Positions 1 to 12,759 of a DNA stretch of 64,000 nt are shown here, in pieces. The translations under genes were made by a program, and so were the position numbers. The notes beneath the pieces were generated by a model. It was not told the DNA's origin, searched no databases, and was given only the letters and a program-made list of their open reading frames with translations. The DNA is taken from assembly GCA_951406725.2 (NCBI GenBank), contig OX597822.1, positions 92,690,001-92,754,000 of the forward strand, written 5' to 3'. How positions within the stretch are numbered: position 1 is the stretch's first letter; each line of letters starts with the position of its first letter. The DNA comes from Octopus vulgaris (lineage: Eukaryota).

Positions 1-1660
1 ACTGCTAAGCGCTTCGTCCCGCGCGCTAACGTTTCTGCCAGCTCGACATATCTATCCATCCATCGTGAATGTGTAAATTTCTTCTTGACTCTTCGCGCGT
101 ACACGTTCTTACACTGCTCCTTGTCTTTGAATACAACCATGCCAGAGATCCTTCATCTCTATTTTTTTATCTTTTGAGGCCGATCACATCAATCCAGTTT
201 CTTACTTTAGTCTACTATTTATTTTATCTATTTCTATTTTTCCTAAATGGGTTAAATCATCCAATGGTTGTCAAACACCTAATACGGGAGAGAGGTAGGC
301 CGAACTAGGAGGCGCGTGGTTTTGATGCGATGGTCTTAACTACAAAGTAATGCTTGCTGATATCTATGTGTGTATATGACACACCCGTATTGTTTGTATC
401 ACATCCTGTGTGTGTGTAATATACATCCTTTTCTCTATGTCTATCTCGTCAATGTATCATATATCTGAAAAAGAACACTCTAAGGCAGGGGTCGCCAAAC
501 TTTTTCGACCATCTACTCCCTTTAGCAATTTTTCCCTCCGCATCGACCACCCTCCTCATTTAAAATATCTTAATACTCTACCCTACCGTACCATATCTTA
601 AATGCGTACCAGGAACTGATGCTGGCAATTAAAATGTTAGCTAAAATATACATGTACGACAAATTAAGAAATTCTATTGAAGATGACACACGTTTTACAT
701 ATAAAACTACGTGTATGAGTATACAGTATTAAACTTTTAATTTTTATGAAACTGTTTTCACGGTTAGAAAATGTGAAGAAACGCATCATATTGCTGGAAT
801 ATCTTTTATTAAAATTGATAACATCAATGAGAGGGATGAGCATGGCGCTGACTAGGAATTTCAGGCAGTTCATCTGGGTGAGCTGGTCTTTCGCATGCCG
901 ACCCACATTCGACCCCTTGGCTGCCATCGACCCCCTGTAATTCCTCGCCGACTCATAGAGCAGTAATTAATTTAATCTCCAGTCATAGTGACCAGTGGTT
1001 TCGCATCCACGGAGGTCTTAGCCACGCGGACGTTTATAAGCTTAAAGCAATCACCGTGCAAATGGCTAAGGAAAATGGCCCTTTTCCTTAGGCATTTGCA
1101 CGGTGATCGCTATAAGTTTTATGCTTATAAAAATACCATTATTATTATTTACAGAATTGTAAAACTCGGCACCGCTTAGCAAAGCCATTCGCACCGAAAT
1201 ATATATATATTCAGCAAAATTTAGATTCAGATGAATATGGTACCTAAGTTAGAGGCACTAGAATTTGGCATGGTGTTATCCATATAAATCAAATGGGGGT
1301 GATTATAATCAAAATAAGCAACAAGGATAGCCAAGGTAGTGTAGTACAATCGTTTCATGCTACTTCATTTTATTAAACAATGTAAGTATTACATCAGTTT
1401 TAAAATGTAAAGCAATCTTCAGCCACATATAGAATTAAAAAAAATTAAATGGACAATGTATATTTTTATACTTATTTCATTTGCCAACATTACAAAGAGG
1501 GTAGATATATAGACAGAGATGTTAATTTTATCATTAAGAACGTGGTAGTAGAAGGTCCTTCTCCATCTGTAGATTTTTTGATAAAAAAATCTACTTTAAT
1601 AAAATCAAGTAGCATGAAACGATTGTACTACACTACATTGGATATCCTTGTTGCTTATTT

Positions 1661-1706
<46 letters not shown>

Positions 1707-2124
1707 TGCACACACGAGTTAAGAAATGATTTATATAAGCAAACAACGAGAGAGAGAAAAAAGGACAAAAAATAAAACAACGACCCTTCCTCAGTTGTCG
1801 GCTCGAACCAAGTATCAAGCTCGGGACTGGAAGTGGCTCGAATTTCTGGATTTTTCGGTTTCTTGGACACATCCTAAATATACACTTAAAAATATAAAAT
1901 AAATTATTAAGAGCAAAAGAATTTATAGAAATGTCTAAAGCAAGGTCTGTTCGATATTTATCCGTCCACTTGAGATTCCTAAAATCTGTTGTACTGTACC
2001 ATGTATCCAGTATGTTGTGACATTTTAAAGGTTGTTAGGGCGAAAGCTATGGGCACAGGCGTGTCTATGTGCTTAAAAAGCTTTGCTGTTTACTGTTTGG
2101 TGACATTCTGTACCCATATATACA

Positions 2125-2175
<51 letters not shown>

Positions 2176-3968
2176 TATCGACACCTAGGGCAAGTGTCTT
2201 CTACTATAGCCTCGGGCTAACCATAAAACTTCGTATGTGAATTTTATAGACGGAAACTGTGTGTGTGTGTCTGTCCCTCTCACTGCTGAACAAGCGGTGT
2301 TGGTTTATTTACGTTCGGTAAAAGAGCCCGGTAGTATAAGTACCAGACTTTAAAAATCTTAAGCAATCCTTCAGTATTGGTACATGACGTCATTCGCCCA
2401 TGCAATCTTCCCTCCTGGCGTAGATAAAGGGGTTTAGATTGAAATAGAGGGCGAATGTCCTCGTCTCCTCTCACCCAAACTCTGTAGACCAATACCGAAG
2501 GAACGCCAAAAATTAAAGTACTGGAGTCGATTCGTTCGACTAAAACTCTTCAAGGCAGTGCACCAGCATGGCCGCAGTCTAATGGCAAGAACAAGTAAAA
2601 AGAACCAGTTATATACCAGGATGAACATAACCACTCTTCTGTCTTGAAAATGTGCAGCATTTTTCTCTATATGTTCGCCTGTTGTGTTTGTGTGTGTGTA
2701 TGTCAACGTGTCCGTAAAAATATATTTATGAATGAATATCTACTCACTTAATGTCTTATATAGGATGTCTATTTATAGTTTGTATTTGAACCTGTCTGTT
2801 TATTTGTCGGCTTTTAATCTACACGCACATATATGTAGTGTGTGTGTGCGTGTCGATATATATATATATATCTATGTATATATATATATTCTTTTCAGTT
2901 CTAGGCACAAGGCCCGAAATCTTGTGGGAGGGAGCCTGTCGATTAGATCGACCTCAGTATGCAACTGGTACTTAATTTATCGACCCCGAAAGGATGAAAG
3001 GCAAAGTCGATCTCGGTGGCATTTAAACTCAGAACGTAGCGGCAGACGAAATACCTATTTCTTTACTACCCACAAGGGGCTAAACACAGAGAGGACAAAC
3101 AAGGACAGACAAACGGATTAAGTCGATTATATCGACCCCAGTGCGTAACTGGTATTTATTTAATCGACCCCGAAAGGATGACAGGCAAAGTCGACCTCGG
3201 CGGAATTTGAACCCAGAACGTAACGGCAGACGAAATACGGATACGCATTTCGCCCGGCGTGCAAACGACTCTGCCAGCTCGCCGCCTTGTTTGTGTGTGT
3301 GTGTGTATGAGTCAGTATGGTCGCGGCTGGAAGGCCTTGTTCTGTTGACTCCAGGTTGACCTCAGCGACTCAGCCTCCGTCACATGATAACATTTAAAAC
3401 ATTGACGAGACGGACAGACATGCTTTCTAGCATTTCGGGCGCTGTGAACGAGAGCTGACATTTTTAGCTGACCTCACAGTATCCGGTCATTTGATCTTTT
3501 CACTTCGAGAAGTCGAGGCTTAACCTTTGATGAATAATTAATTGGACAGACTGCCGTCAGTTGTTTGGTATGGCCCAGCTTATGCTGCTAGTGCGTGCGT
3601 GCGTTGATATCGATATGTATTTTGTATACTTGTCGGTATATATCGTTTGTCACAGACACGCACAAAATGGCATACGTCACACTAGTTTATGACTGTTTCT
3701 GTTTCTCTCTCTCTCCACACGTACACCTTTGTTTAAATTTTCAAACGCAAATCAATACTGTGTATGTTTTGTATTCTTTAATGGCTGCAGCCCATAAGAC
3801 TACGTCCCTGCTGGGGCAACACCTTCAAGACTTTTAGTCGATAATATTGACCTCAGCACTTAGTTCAGTCTTATACATACATTATCGATCTTTGAAGAAT
3901 GACTAAGATGGCTTTTTTTTTTACCTTTTGACAAAAAGGGATGCAACTCGCCATACCGGTTTATACTG

Positions 3969-4026
<58 letters not shown>

Positions 4027-4751
4027 ACGACGGTGTTTCGAAGTGTAGAGACGTTTATCCAATTCCACACACAGCATATTGGTCAGTCCGAGACTAGTTG
4101 AAGACACTTGGTTAAGATGTCATGCGGTGGACTTGACACATGGATCTACAAAGTCGCGAACTCATGTTCTTAAGCATCTCAGCTATGCTGCCTCATACGT
4201 GGCTGTTTACTTTCTACTTGTTTCAGGCATTGGACTGCGGCCATGCTGGGGCACCGCATCGAAGGGTTTAGTCGAACGAATTGAACCCCCAGTATTTATT
4301 TTATTTCTTAAAATTTGGCACTTATAGCAGTGGTCACTTTTGCTGAATTAAGTTTCAAGGACATAAACAAACCAGCACCGGTTGTCAAGCGAGAGTGGGG
4401 ATACAGACACTCGCAAACATATAAGTACATATCCGCACGCATACACACACACACACACACACACACATGACGGGCTTCTACATAGTTTCTGTCTATCAAA
4501 TTTACTTGTAAGGCATTAGTCGGTCCAGAGCTATAGTAGTAGGTGCTTGCCCAAGGTGCCATGTACTGGGATTGAGGTTTGATCATTCATTCAATCTTAC
4601 GTCTGTTTTTTTTTTCATGTCAGCATGGGTTAGATGAATATATTATTGAGGAATTGAGATTCCTGTTGCAAAGCCAGTGAACAAACAGTTACTTCACAGG
4701 AAAAATCACAAATAATGTCACCTTGTAACTGAGTAATTTTCAGACATACCA

Positions 4752-5144
4752 TTAGTGGTTAGCCATATTGAGATGGCTAGTATACTTTACGTTGTCGAGC
4801 AGTTACTGTTTACATCTCGTTCAGAGATTTATTATTGCTTGCAGACAGTTTTTCGAAATCAGTGACGGAAGTCACTAGAAAAACCTGTAAGTATTTGCAA
4901 ACAGGTCTCCCTTTCATCGTAAACCGGTGACTGCCGTACGCCGAAGACAGGCAAATACCTAGAAACTGCAGTCCGTGCATGTCACTTAGGTTTACGAGAG
5001 AGGGATGACCTCCCTTTGCAAATACCATAAGGGCACAGAAAGTGTGTCTAAAGCCAGCTGGAGACGATGATCTCCTGGGGCTAAAAGCTACAGTAACACC
5101 CACCCTTAGTGGTTAGCCATATTGAGATGGCTAGTATACTTTAC
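4752..5144 (+). mobile_element. Retrozyme-like unit: 354-nt monomer plus 39-nt terminal redundancy, containing a type I hammerhead
   Basis: Identical 39-bp direct repeat TTAGTGGTTAGCCATATTGAGATGGCTAGTATACTTTAC at 4752-4790 and 5106-5144. Extensive internal self-complementarity. Hammerhead at 4936-4978. Confidence 0.75.
4926..4986 (+). ncRNA. Extended type I hammerhead ribozyme motif (core CCGAAGA, i.e. U4C)
   Basis: Stem I GUACG(4936-40)/CGUGC(4974-78). Core CCGAAGA 4941-47. Stem II AGG-caaaua-CCU. GAA, then palindromic stem III ACUGCAGU, cleavage triplet GUC (cut after 4973). Distal stem I GGUGAC/GUCACU after a UGCC/AU internal loop. Confidence 0.8.
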
Positions 5145-5751
5145 ATCATCATTTTTTTAACATCCAATTTTCCATACTCACATAGGTAGGACTGATTATA
5201 TTGAGGCAGATTTTTTGCATCCAGATGGCCAGTCATGTTTTCACAGAATATTGGAAATGCATGACAATTGTTTACAAATATCATATGATGTCAATATAAG
5301 GAGACATAAATACACACAAATGATAGTTTCCATCTACCAAATCCTCTCAAAAGGCCTTGGGCAGCCAGGAACTATAGTAGAAGACAGTTGCCCATGGTGG
5401 GACTGAACCTGAAACCCTGTATATACATAGGCACAGACATATGTGTATGGTAAGAAGTTTGTTTCCCAACCACAAGGTTCCAGGTTCAGTCCCACTGTGT
5501 GACACCTTGGACAAGTGCCTTCTACGATAGCCCACAGCTGACCAAAGCTTTGTGAGTGGATTTGTTAGAAACTGATAGAAGCTTGGCATATACACGTGTG
5601 TGTGTCTCTATCTCTCACCACTGCTTGACAACTGTTGTTAATGTGTTTAATAAGTACTGGGGGTGATTCAGTCAGCTAAAAGTTCTTTAGGGTGGTACCC
5701 CAGCATGACCGTAATCTAATGACCAAAGCATATAAGATGCATATATATATA

Positions 5752-6046
5752 TCAATGGAGAAGTTCTTAAGCAGATAAGGCCGAAAATGTCACTAGAAGC
5801 TGGGATCACCAAGTGTAGATTGGCATATTTCGGTCATATTATGCGGAGAGAATCCCTGGAGAAGGACATCATGCTCGGAATGGCCAGTGGCAAGAGAGGA
5901 AGAGGCCGACCAAGAACCCGCTGGCTTGACACCATCAGGAGTGATACCAGAATGGACATGGCCAATCTGAAGGAAGCGGTCCAGGATAGAACTGACTGGA
6001 GGACACTGATCCAACGAGTGACCGAGAGTCGACTTTGACTGAGCGG
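5752..6046 (+). mobile_element. RTE/BovB-like LINE 3' end
   Basis: RLAYFGHIMRRESLEKDIMLG...GRGRPRTRWLD...DRTDWR...VTESRL*; inserted in (TA)n. Confidence 0.85.
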
Positions 6047-8203
6047 ATATATATATATATATGGAGATAAGGAAGTTAACAATTATTTAGTATTAACAAA
6101 TTGGCCATCTTCACTTCTTACAGCTGTTTCAATTAATACTCAATAATTTAATTACAAATTTGTACATTAAATTTGCATTTATGTGACATGAGCATAATTT
6201 CATCAGAAGAAAAAAAAAAAACCAGATGCACCTTGAAATATATGTGGCCCTGTCAGCAGACACTGATGAAATTATACCCAGGCTGACCAAAGGCATGTGA
6301 GTGGATATGGTTGGTGGAAACTGAAAGAAGCCTGTCATATATGCGTGTGAACACTAATGATTCTTCTAAGTCACTGCTTTAATAAAAATAATAATAATAA
6401 TCTACTATAATAATACTCATGTGTCTTCCTTCGTCTCAACATATGAATGAGAAAGGAAAGGGTGATAGATGAATAAGGAAGGAAGGGGTGATGGCAAACT
6501 GGTAATGGGATGGTGGAAGTTCTATGGTGAAAAAAAATCAAACAACGTTTCAACTTTGCATGAGTATATGTGTGTGTATGTAAAAGGGAAGTATGTGATT
6601 ATTTGTATGTGTGATTATTATGTACCTTATGTATTTATGAAACACTACAATTATGTGTGTGTGTGTGTAATCGAAGTGGGATGGTGAACATTTAATGCTG
6701 GAAAGAAAAATCAAACAGTGTTTCAACTCTGTGTGAGTATATGTGTGTAAGGGAAGTATGTGAATGTTTGTGTTTGTGATTATTATGTACCTTATTTATA
6801 AACAAAATGCTACAATTAGCCATCATTTTTGATGGCACGGGGTCAGCTAGTAATAATAATAATCCTTTCTACTGAAGGTACAAGGCCTGTACCTTTGGGT
6901 GAGGAGGGGCTAGTTGATTACACTAACATCAGTGCTCCACTGATAATAATTCTATTGACCCTGAAATGATGAATGGGTAAAGTTAACCTTGGAGGAGTTT
7001 GAACTCAAAACTGAAAGAGCCTGAGGAAATGCCATGAAGCATAATGTCTGGTAAAGATTCTGCCAACTCACATAATAATAATAATAATTTCAATTTTTGC
7101 TGCAAGGGCAGCAATTTTGGGGGAGAGGATGAGTCGATTACACTGACCCCAGTATCCAACTGGTACTAATTTTATCGACCCTGAAAGAACAAAAGGTAAA
7201 GTCGACCATGGCAGAATTTGAACTCAGAACATAGAGACAAGTGAAATACCGCTAAGCATTTCATCCAGCATGCAAACGATTCTGCCAGCTCATTGCCTTA
7301 ACAACAACAACAACAACAATAATAATTATTAACCTCTAAGGGTTGATTAAAAACATTTAGGACAGTAGAGGATTATACAGTGTAGGATTATGTAAAATCA
7401 TGCAAAAAAAAAAAACGTAAAATAATTGAAGCAGAAAAACAAAACTACAACATCAAAATTCAAATAAGGAATAATTCCCTGAAAATGGGAAGACTGCTGA
7501 GAGCTTTTTTCAAATAACCACCTGGCCAGAAATTTTGGGATAGTGATGACCAAGAGGAAAGGAAAACTTGGCTGTAAGAGGACTTTGAATCAGAGCCTTG
7601 GGGGATAGCTGTCACTTGTCTTTCATTTGTGAGTTACATGGTTACATGGAACATGGGTATTAAATGATGATGATGTTGGTTTTCAATCATTGGCCATACT
7701 GGGTACCATCCTGAAAGGTTTAGTTGCTTAGATTGACCCCGGACCTTTTTCTTTTTAAATCTGCACTTATTCTATTGGTCCCTTTTGCTAAACCACCAAC
7801 TTACGTGGACATGAACAAACCATCACTGGTTGTCAGGTAGTGGGGGCAGGGACAAACAACATTACACAATGCAATGCAGCACAACACAACACACATACAC
7901 ATGCATACACGTGACAGGCTTCCACCCAGTTTCCATCTACTGAATTCACTCGTAAGACAGTGGTTGATTCAGGTCTGCAATGAAAGACACTTGTCTGAGA
8001 TGGTGCACAGTGGGACTAAACCAAGTTCCTTAACCACAAAGCCATGCCTGCACCTAAACCCCACACATTCTGAAACTAAAGCGGGGAAAAAAGAAAGCAC
8101 TGAGGCTGGATTTGAACTCAGAACATGTAGCTTTAGAACTTAAATCTGTAAAGGCATTTAACTTAAGTTTTTCCTTCTCAGCTTTGCATCATACTGGTGG
8201 TGG

Positions 8204-8243
<40 letters not shown>

Positions 8244-10632
8244 TTTTGCCACAAAGACAGCTTGGGAGAGGTGGGGATGAGTCAGTTACGTTGACCCCAG
8301 TGTTCAACTGGTACTTCATTGACCCCGAAAGGATGAAAGATGAAGTTGACCTTGGCGGACTTTGAACTCAGAATGTAGCTAAGCATTTTGTCCAGTGTGC
8401 TAATGATTCTGCCTTAATAATAATAATAATAATAGTAATAATAATCCTTTCTACTGGAAGCACAAGGGCTCAGATTTGTTGGAAGGGATTAAGTCAATTA
8501 CATCAACCCTTGTGCATAACTGGTACTTATTTAATTGATCCCAAAAGGATGAAAGACAGAGTCGACCTTGGTGGAACTTGACCTCAGAATGTAGCAACGG
8601 GTGAAATACTGCTAAGCATTTTGTCCAGCGTGTTAATGATTCTGCCAGCTCACCGCCTATAATAATAATAATAATAATAATAGCTCTTACCATCATCATC
8701 TGATGGCACATCAATGATGTTTAACTGTCAGTCGTCCCTCACTGAGCTGATGACTACCTACGTGAAACAGGTAGTTGGTTGAACAACTCAGTGCAAACCA
8801 GAGGCTGACAGTGAAATTATAATCACCTCTCTTAATTGTCTTATGTAATCTGTCTTATTAACCAAATAGTTGCCGTTCAGCCTGTGTTCGTTGATGATTT
8901 TTTTGTAATCTGATTTCAGTGTGTAAAGATACACTCGGAAACTAATCAGTCAGAAATTAAACCTCTTAATTGACTTACATTCGTGTGTTTGACTGAGAGA
9001 AAAACAAATTAAAAAATATACTGAGCTGAAACACTTCTACAAAGTTAAGGCTTTGAAGCTAAATGTTCTTAGTTCAAATCCGGCTTTGGTTGATTTTGCT
9101 TCACCCCTTTATTTTGAGGATGGAAAAGATATAGCCAAGGTCAACTTTGTCTTTCATCATCATCATCATCATCATCATTTAATGTCTGTTTTCCATGCTG
9201 GCATAGGTGGGATGGTTTGACAGGAGCTGGCAAGGTTTCTACAGCTGGATGCCCTTCCTAATGCCAACCACTTTACAGAGTGCACTGGGTATGTTTTCCA
9301 TGGCACCAGCCCTAGTGCTTTTTACATGCCATCACCAGCACTGACAGGGTCGCCAAGTACCTTGCAAAACTAAAAACCCCTTGACTGGATGTGGGAGTAT
9401 TATTGAGGGAGTGTGGCTTTGAGACATTTAAATACCAGTTAAATGGTGAGGATTGATTCTATGACAAATTTCAGGCTTTTTGTGCTCTCTTCAGTACCAG
9501 ATACCAAGCAAACTAACTCTAAACTGACTGTGAGTCTTAGCTTCCTGATCAGAAATAAGTAAAAATTATCTACCAATTGTGCTCTTCAGTCACCAAGCTG
9601 GAACAAAATATATGAGTGGAGCGTGAAGCAGTTAAAATATATTTGGGACATTTTTGACTTTTAAAAAGGCATATATATACAAAATGGATGTTAAACGATG
9701 ATGGTGAAAAAAATACTTTATTTAATATTTTCATTTTATTTTATTTTTAAAATAAAAAAAATGCTGTTTTGTTTTAGGTAATAACTTTAAATGAATAATT
9801 TTCTGCATTGGTAATGTGTTTGAAGCCATCTACCCAATTCACTTACGAAAATCTGGTTGTTTTAGGGCTTTAGTCAAAGGGGCTTAAAGTGAGACTGAGC
9901 CTGAAACCTTGTGGTTGTGAAGTGAACTTCTTAACTACACAGTCATGCTTAGTTTATTAATGCTTACAGCAACTTGAATTAACTATATTTTGGATAGCTT
10001 GCTTACCAACCACATGGCTCTGGGTTCAGTGCCACTGTGTGACACCTTGGGTAAGTGTCTTCTACTATAGCCTTGGGCCTACCAAAGCCTTCTGAGTGGA
10101 TTTGGTAGATGGAAACTAAAAGAAGCCTGTCATATATATATATATATATATATATGTATGGATATACATGTATGTGCTTGTGTGTATATTTGTGTGTCTG
10201 TGTTTGTCCTTCCCCCACATCGCTTGACAACCAATGTTGGTGTGTTTATGTCCCTGTAACTTAACGGTGCAGCTCTCTGGCTTGCCAGCTTCTGTCAAAC
10301 TGTTCAACCCATGCCAGCATGGAAAATGGATGTTAAACAACAATGGTGATAAAAACACTTTATTTTAATATTTTCATTTTATATTATATTTTTGAAGTAA
10401 AAAAAAAAGAAGCTTGTTTTGTCTGAGTTACTTACTTAAAATGAATTATTTTCTGCATTGGTAATACGTTTGAAGCCAAACTTTGGAAAACCTTAGCACT
10501 GAATGGATTCACTGCTGAGTGTTGCAAGGCAGGAATGGGAGTTACTGTTGCGAAGACTGAGACATTGGTCCTCTCAAGAAACTCTACCCAGCGCAGTCTG
10601 CATGTTACACTCCTGAGACAAGCTGAGAAATC

Positions 10633-12759
10633 TTAACCCTTTCAATACCAACCCGACTGAAACCAGTTCTGGCTTTGAGTACAATTGTCTTATTTTCATA
10701 AGTTCTGAATTAAAATCTTCCACCAAATTTATAGTTCCTAACACTAGCTGAATGATAACAAAGTTATTTTACTAAATTCTTTGTTATATTTAAAATCAGT
10801 TGAAAGAAACACCCAGCATCTCAACAGAAATATGGTAACAAAATGGTTAACAAATGATTAATTTAGCCCTTTCGATACTAACCCAGCTGAAACTACCTCT
10901 GGCTCTATAGTACAAATGTCTTGTTTTCATAAGTTGTGAATTAAAATCTTCCACCAAACCCTAATCACAATTTATGTTCCTAACACCAGCTTAATGATAA
11001 CTAAGTTATTTTACTAAATTCATGATTATCATCATCATTGTTCAGCTTTCCATGCTGGCATGGGTTTGACGGTTTGACTGAGGACTGGCGAGCCAGATGG
11101 CTGCACCAGGCTCCAATCTGATCTGGCAGAGTTTCTACAGATGGATGCCCTTCCTAATGCCAAACACTCTGAGAGTGTAGTGGGTGCTTATATGTGTCAC
11201 CAGCAGAGGAGCCAGTCAGGTGGTACAGGCAATGGCCACGCTCAAATGGTGTTTTTTACATGCCATCTGCACAGGAGCTAGTCCAGTGGCACTGGCAATG
11301 ACCTTGCTCGAGTGTTGTTTTTCACGTGCCACCAAGACGACGCTTGTAATGATCACGCTTGAATGGTGCTTTTTACGTGCCACCTGTCAGCATCCCTGGC
11401 AACGATCATGCTCAGATGGTGCTCTTAGCACTCCACTAGCACGGATGCCAGTCATGCAGTGCTATCATTGAATTTGATTTTGATTTCACTTGCCTCAACA
11501 GGTCTTCGCAAGCAGAGTTTAATGTCCAATGAAGGAAAGGTATGCATAAGTGGGCTGGTTTCACCCCTGGCATAGGCCATGGGTTATGGTCTCACTTAGC
11601 TTGCCAGGTCTTCTCAAGCACAGCATATTTCCAAAGGTCTTGGTCACTAGTCACTGCCTTGGTGTGGCCTAATGTTTGAAGGTCGTGCTTCACTACCTCA
11701 TCCCAAGTCTTCCTGGGTCTACCTCTTCCACAGGTTCCTTCTACCCCTAGGGTGTGACACTTTTTCACACAGCTATCCTCATTCATTCTCACCACATGAC
11801 CATAACAGCACAGTCATCACTCTTGCACACCATATCTGATGCTTCTTATGTTGAATATGCACACTGACATTACACATCCAGCGGAGAATACTGGCTTCAT
11901 TCCTTGCAAGTTTACACTTGCCCTCAGCAGTCACGGCCCATGTTTCACTGCCATGTAGCATGGCTGTTTGTACACATGCGTCATACAGTCTACCTTTTAC
12001 TGTGAGCGAGTGAGAGGCCTTTTGTCACCAGCAGGAGCTCTCTGAACTTTGCCCAAACTATTCTTATTCTAGCAGCTACACTTTCAGAGCACTCACCCCT
12101 GCTACTGACTTGGTCACCTAGATAAAGGAAGCTATCAACTACTTCTAGTTTTTCTCTCTGGACTGTGGCAGAAGTTGTTCTTTGCACATTTTCAGTGTTT
12201 ATTGCTCCTGAGCATCTGCCACATACAAAAACTATCTTCCTAGTTAGCCTTCCTTTGATATTGCTGCACCTCTTATGTGTCCATAGCTTATACTGGGTAC
12301 ATCTTATAGAGTTTCTACCTATGCCTTTTCTACACATAGAGCAGGGTCATCTACCTGAAGGAATTTGTGGTTTGTCTGCCTTCCTACTTATTAGGACTTT
12401 GGTTTTAGCTAGGTTGACTCTAAGGCCCTTTGATTCTAATCCTTGCTTCCACACCTGAAACTTCTCTGAAAGAAACACAGAGCATCTCAACAGGAATATG
12501 GTAACAAAAGGGTTAACAAATGATTAATTTAACTCTTTCAATACCAACCTGACTGAAACTGCCTCTGTCTCTGTAGTACAAATGCCTTGTTTTCATAAGT
12601 TCTGAATTAAAATCTTCCACCAAACCTTAGTCACAATTTATGTTCCTAACACTAGCTTAATGATAACTAAGTCATTTTACTAAATTCTTTGTTATATTTA
12701 AAGTAAATTGAAAGAAACATGAAGTATTTCAAAATAAATACCAGTAAAGAAAGGGTTAA
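10633..12759. mobile_element. Tandem array of three ~220-bp piggyBac-type MITEs; the middle one is interrupted by the RTE LINE
   Basis: Units bounded by TTAA|CCCTTT...AAAGGG|TTAA (10633-10850; 10862-11021 + 12467-12516; 12529-12759) separated by CAAATGATTAAT. Confidence 0.7.
11028..12465 (-). mobile_element. 5'-truncated RTE-clade LINE (RT C-terminal part, 3' UTR, (GAT)n tail)
   Basis: Minus-strand translation GLRVNLAKTKVL...LEVVDSFLYLGD...RIRIVWAKFREL...MLHGSETW...GRGRPRKTW with stops and frameshifts. 3' UTR contains TGGCATTAGGAAGGGCATCC. Confidence 0.9.

Noticed and set aside
486-937. Possible hAT/Charlie-like element (CAGGGGTCG...CGACCCCCTG)
   Set aside because: Terminal match is short and no 8-bp TSD could be confirmed.
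1340-1430. Minus-strand CUGAAGA...AGCAU-GAAACG as hammerhead
   Set aside because: Stem I cannot form, and the stem II insert is long and unpaired.
8747-8790. CUGAUGA...GAAA as hammerhead, AUGA-AAA-GA as SECIS, or let-7-like AGGUAGUUGGUUG
   Set aside because: No UH next to stem I and no stem II closing at GAAA. SECIS helix II does not pair. The let-7 seed (GAGGUAG) is not present.
9494-9535. Possible 35-nt exon (ctcttcag|...|gtgagt)
   Set aside because: Splice-like ends only; not frame-symmetric and no supporting coding context.
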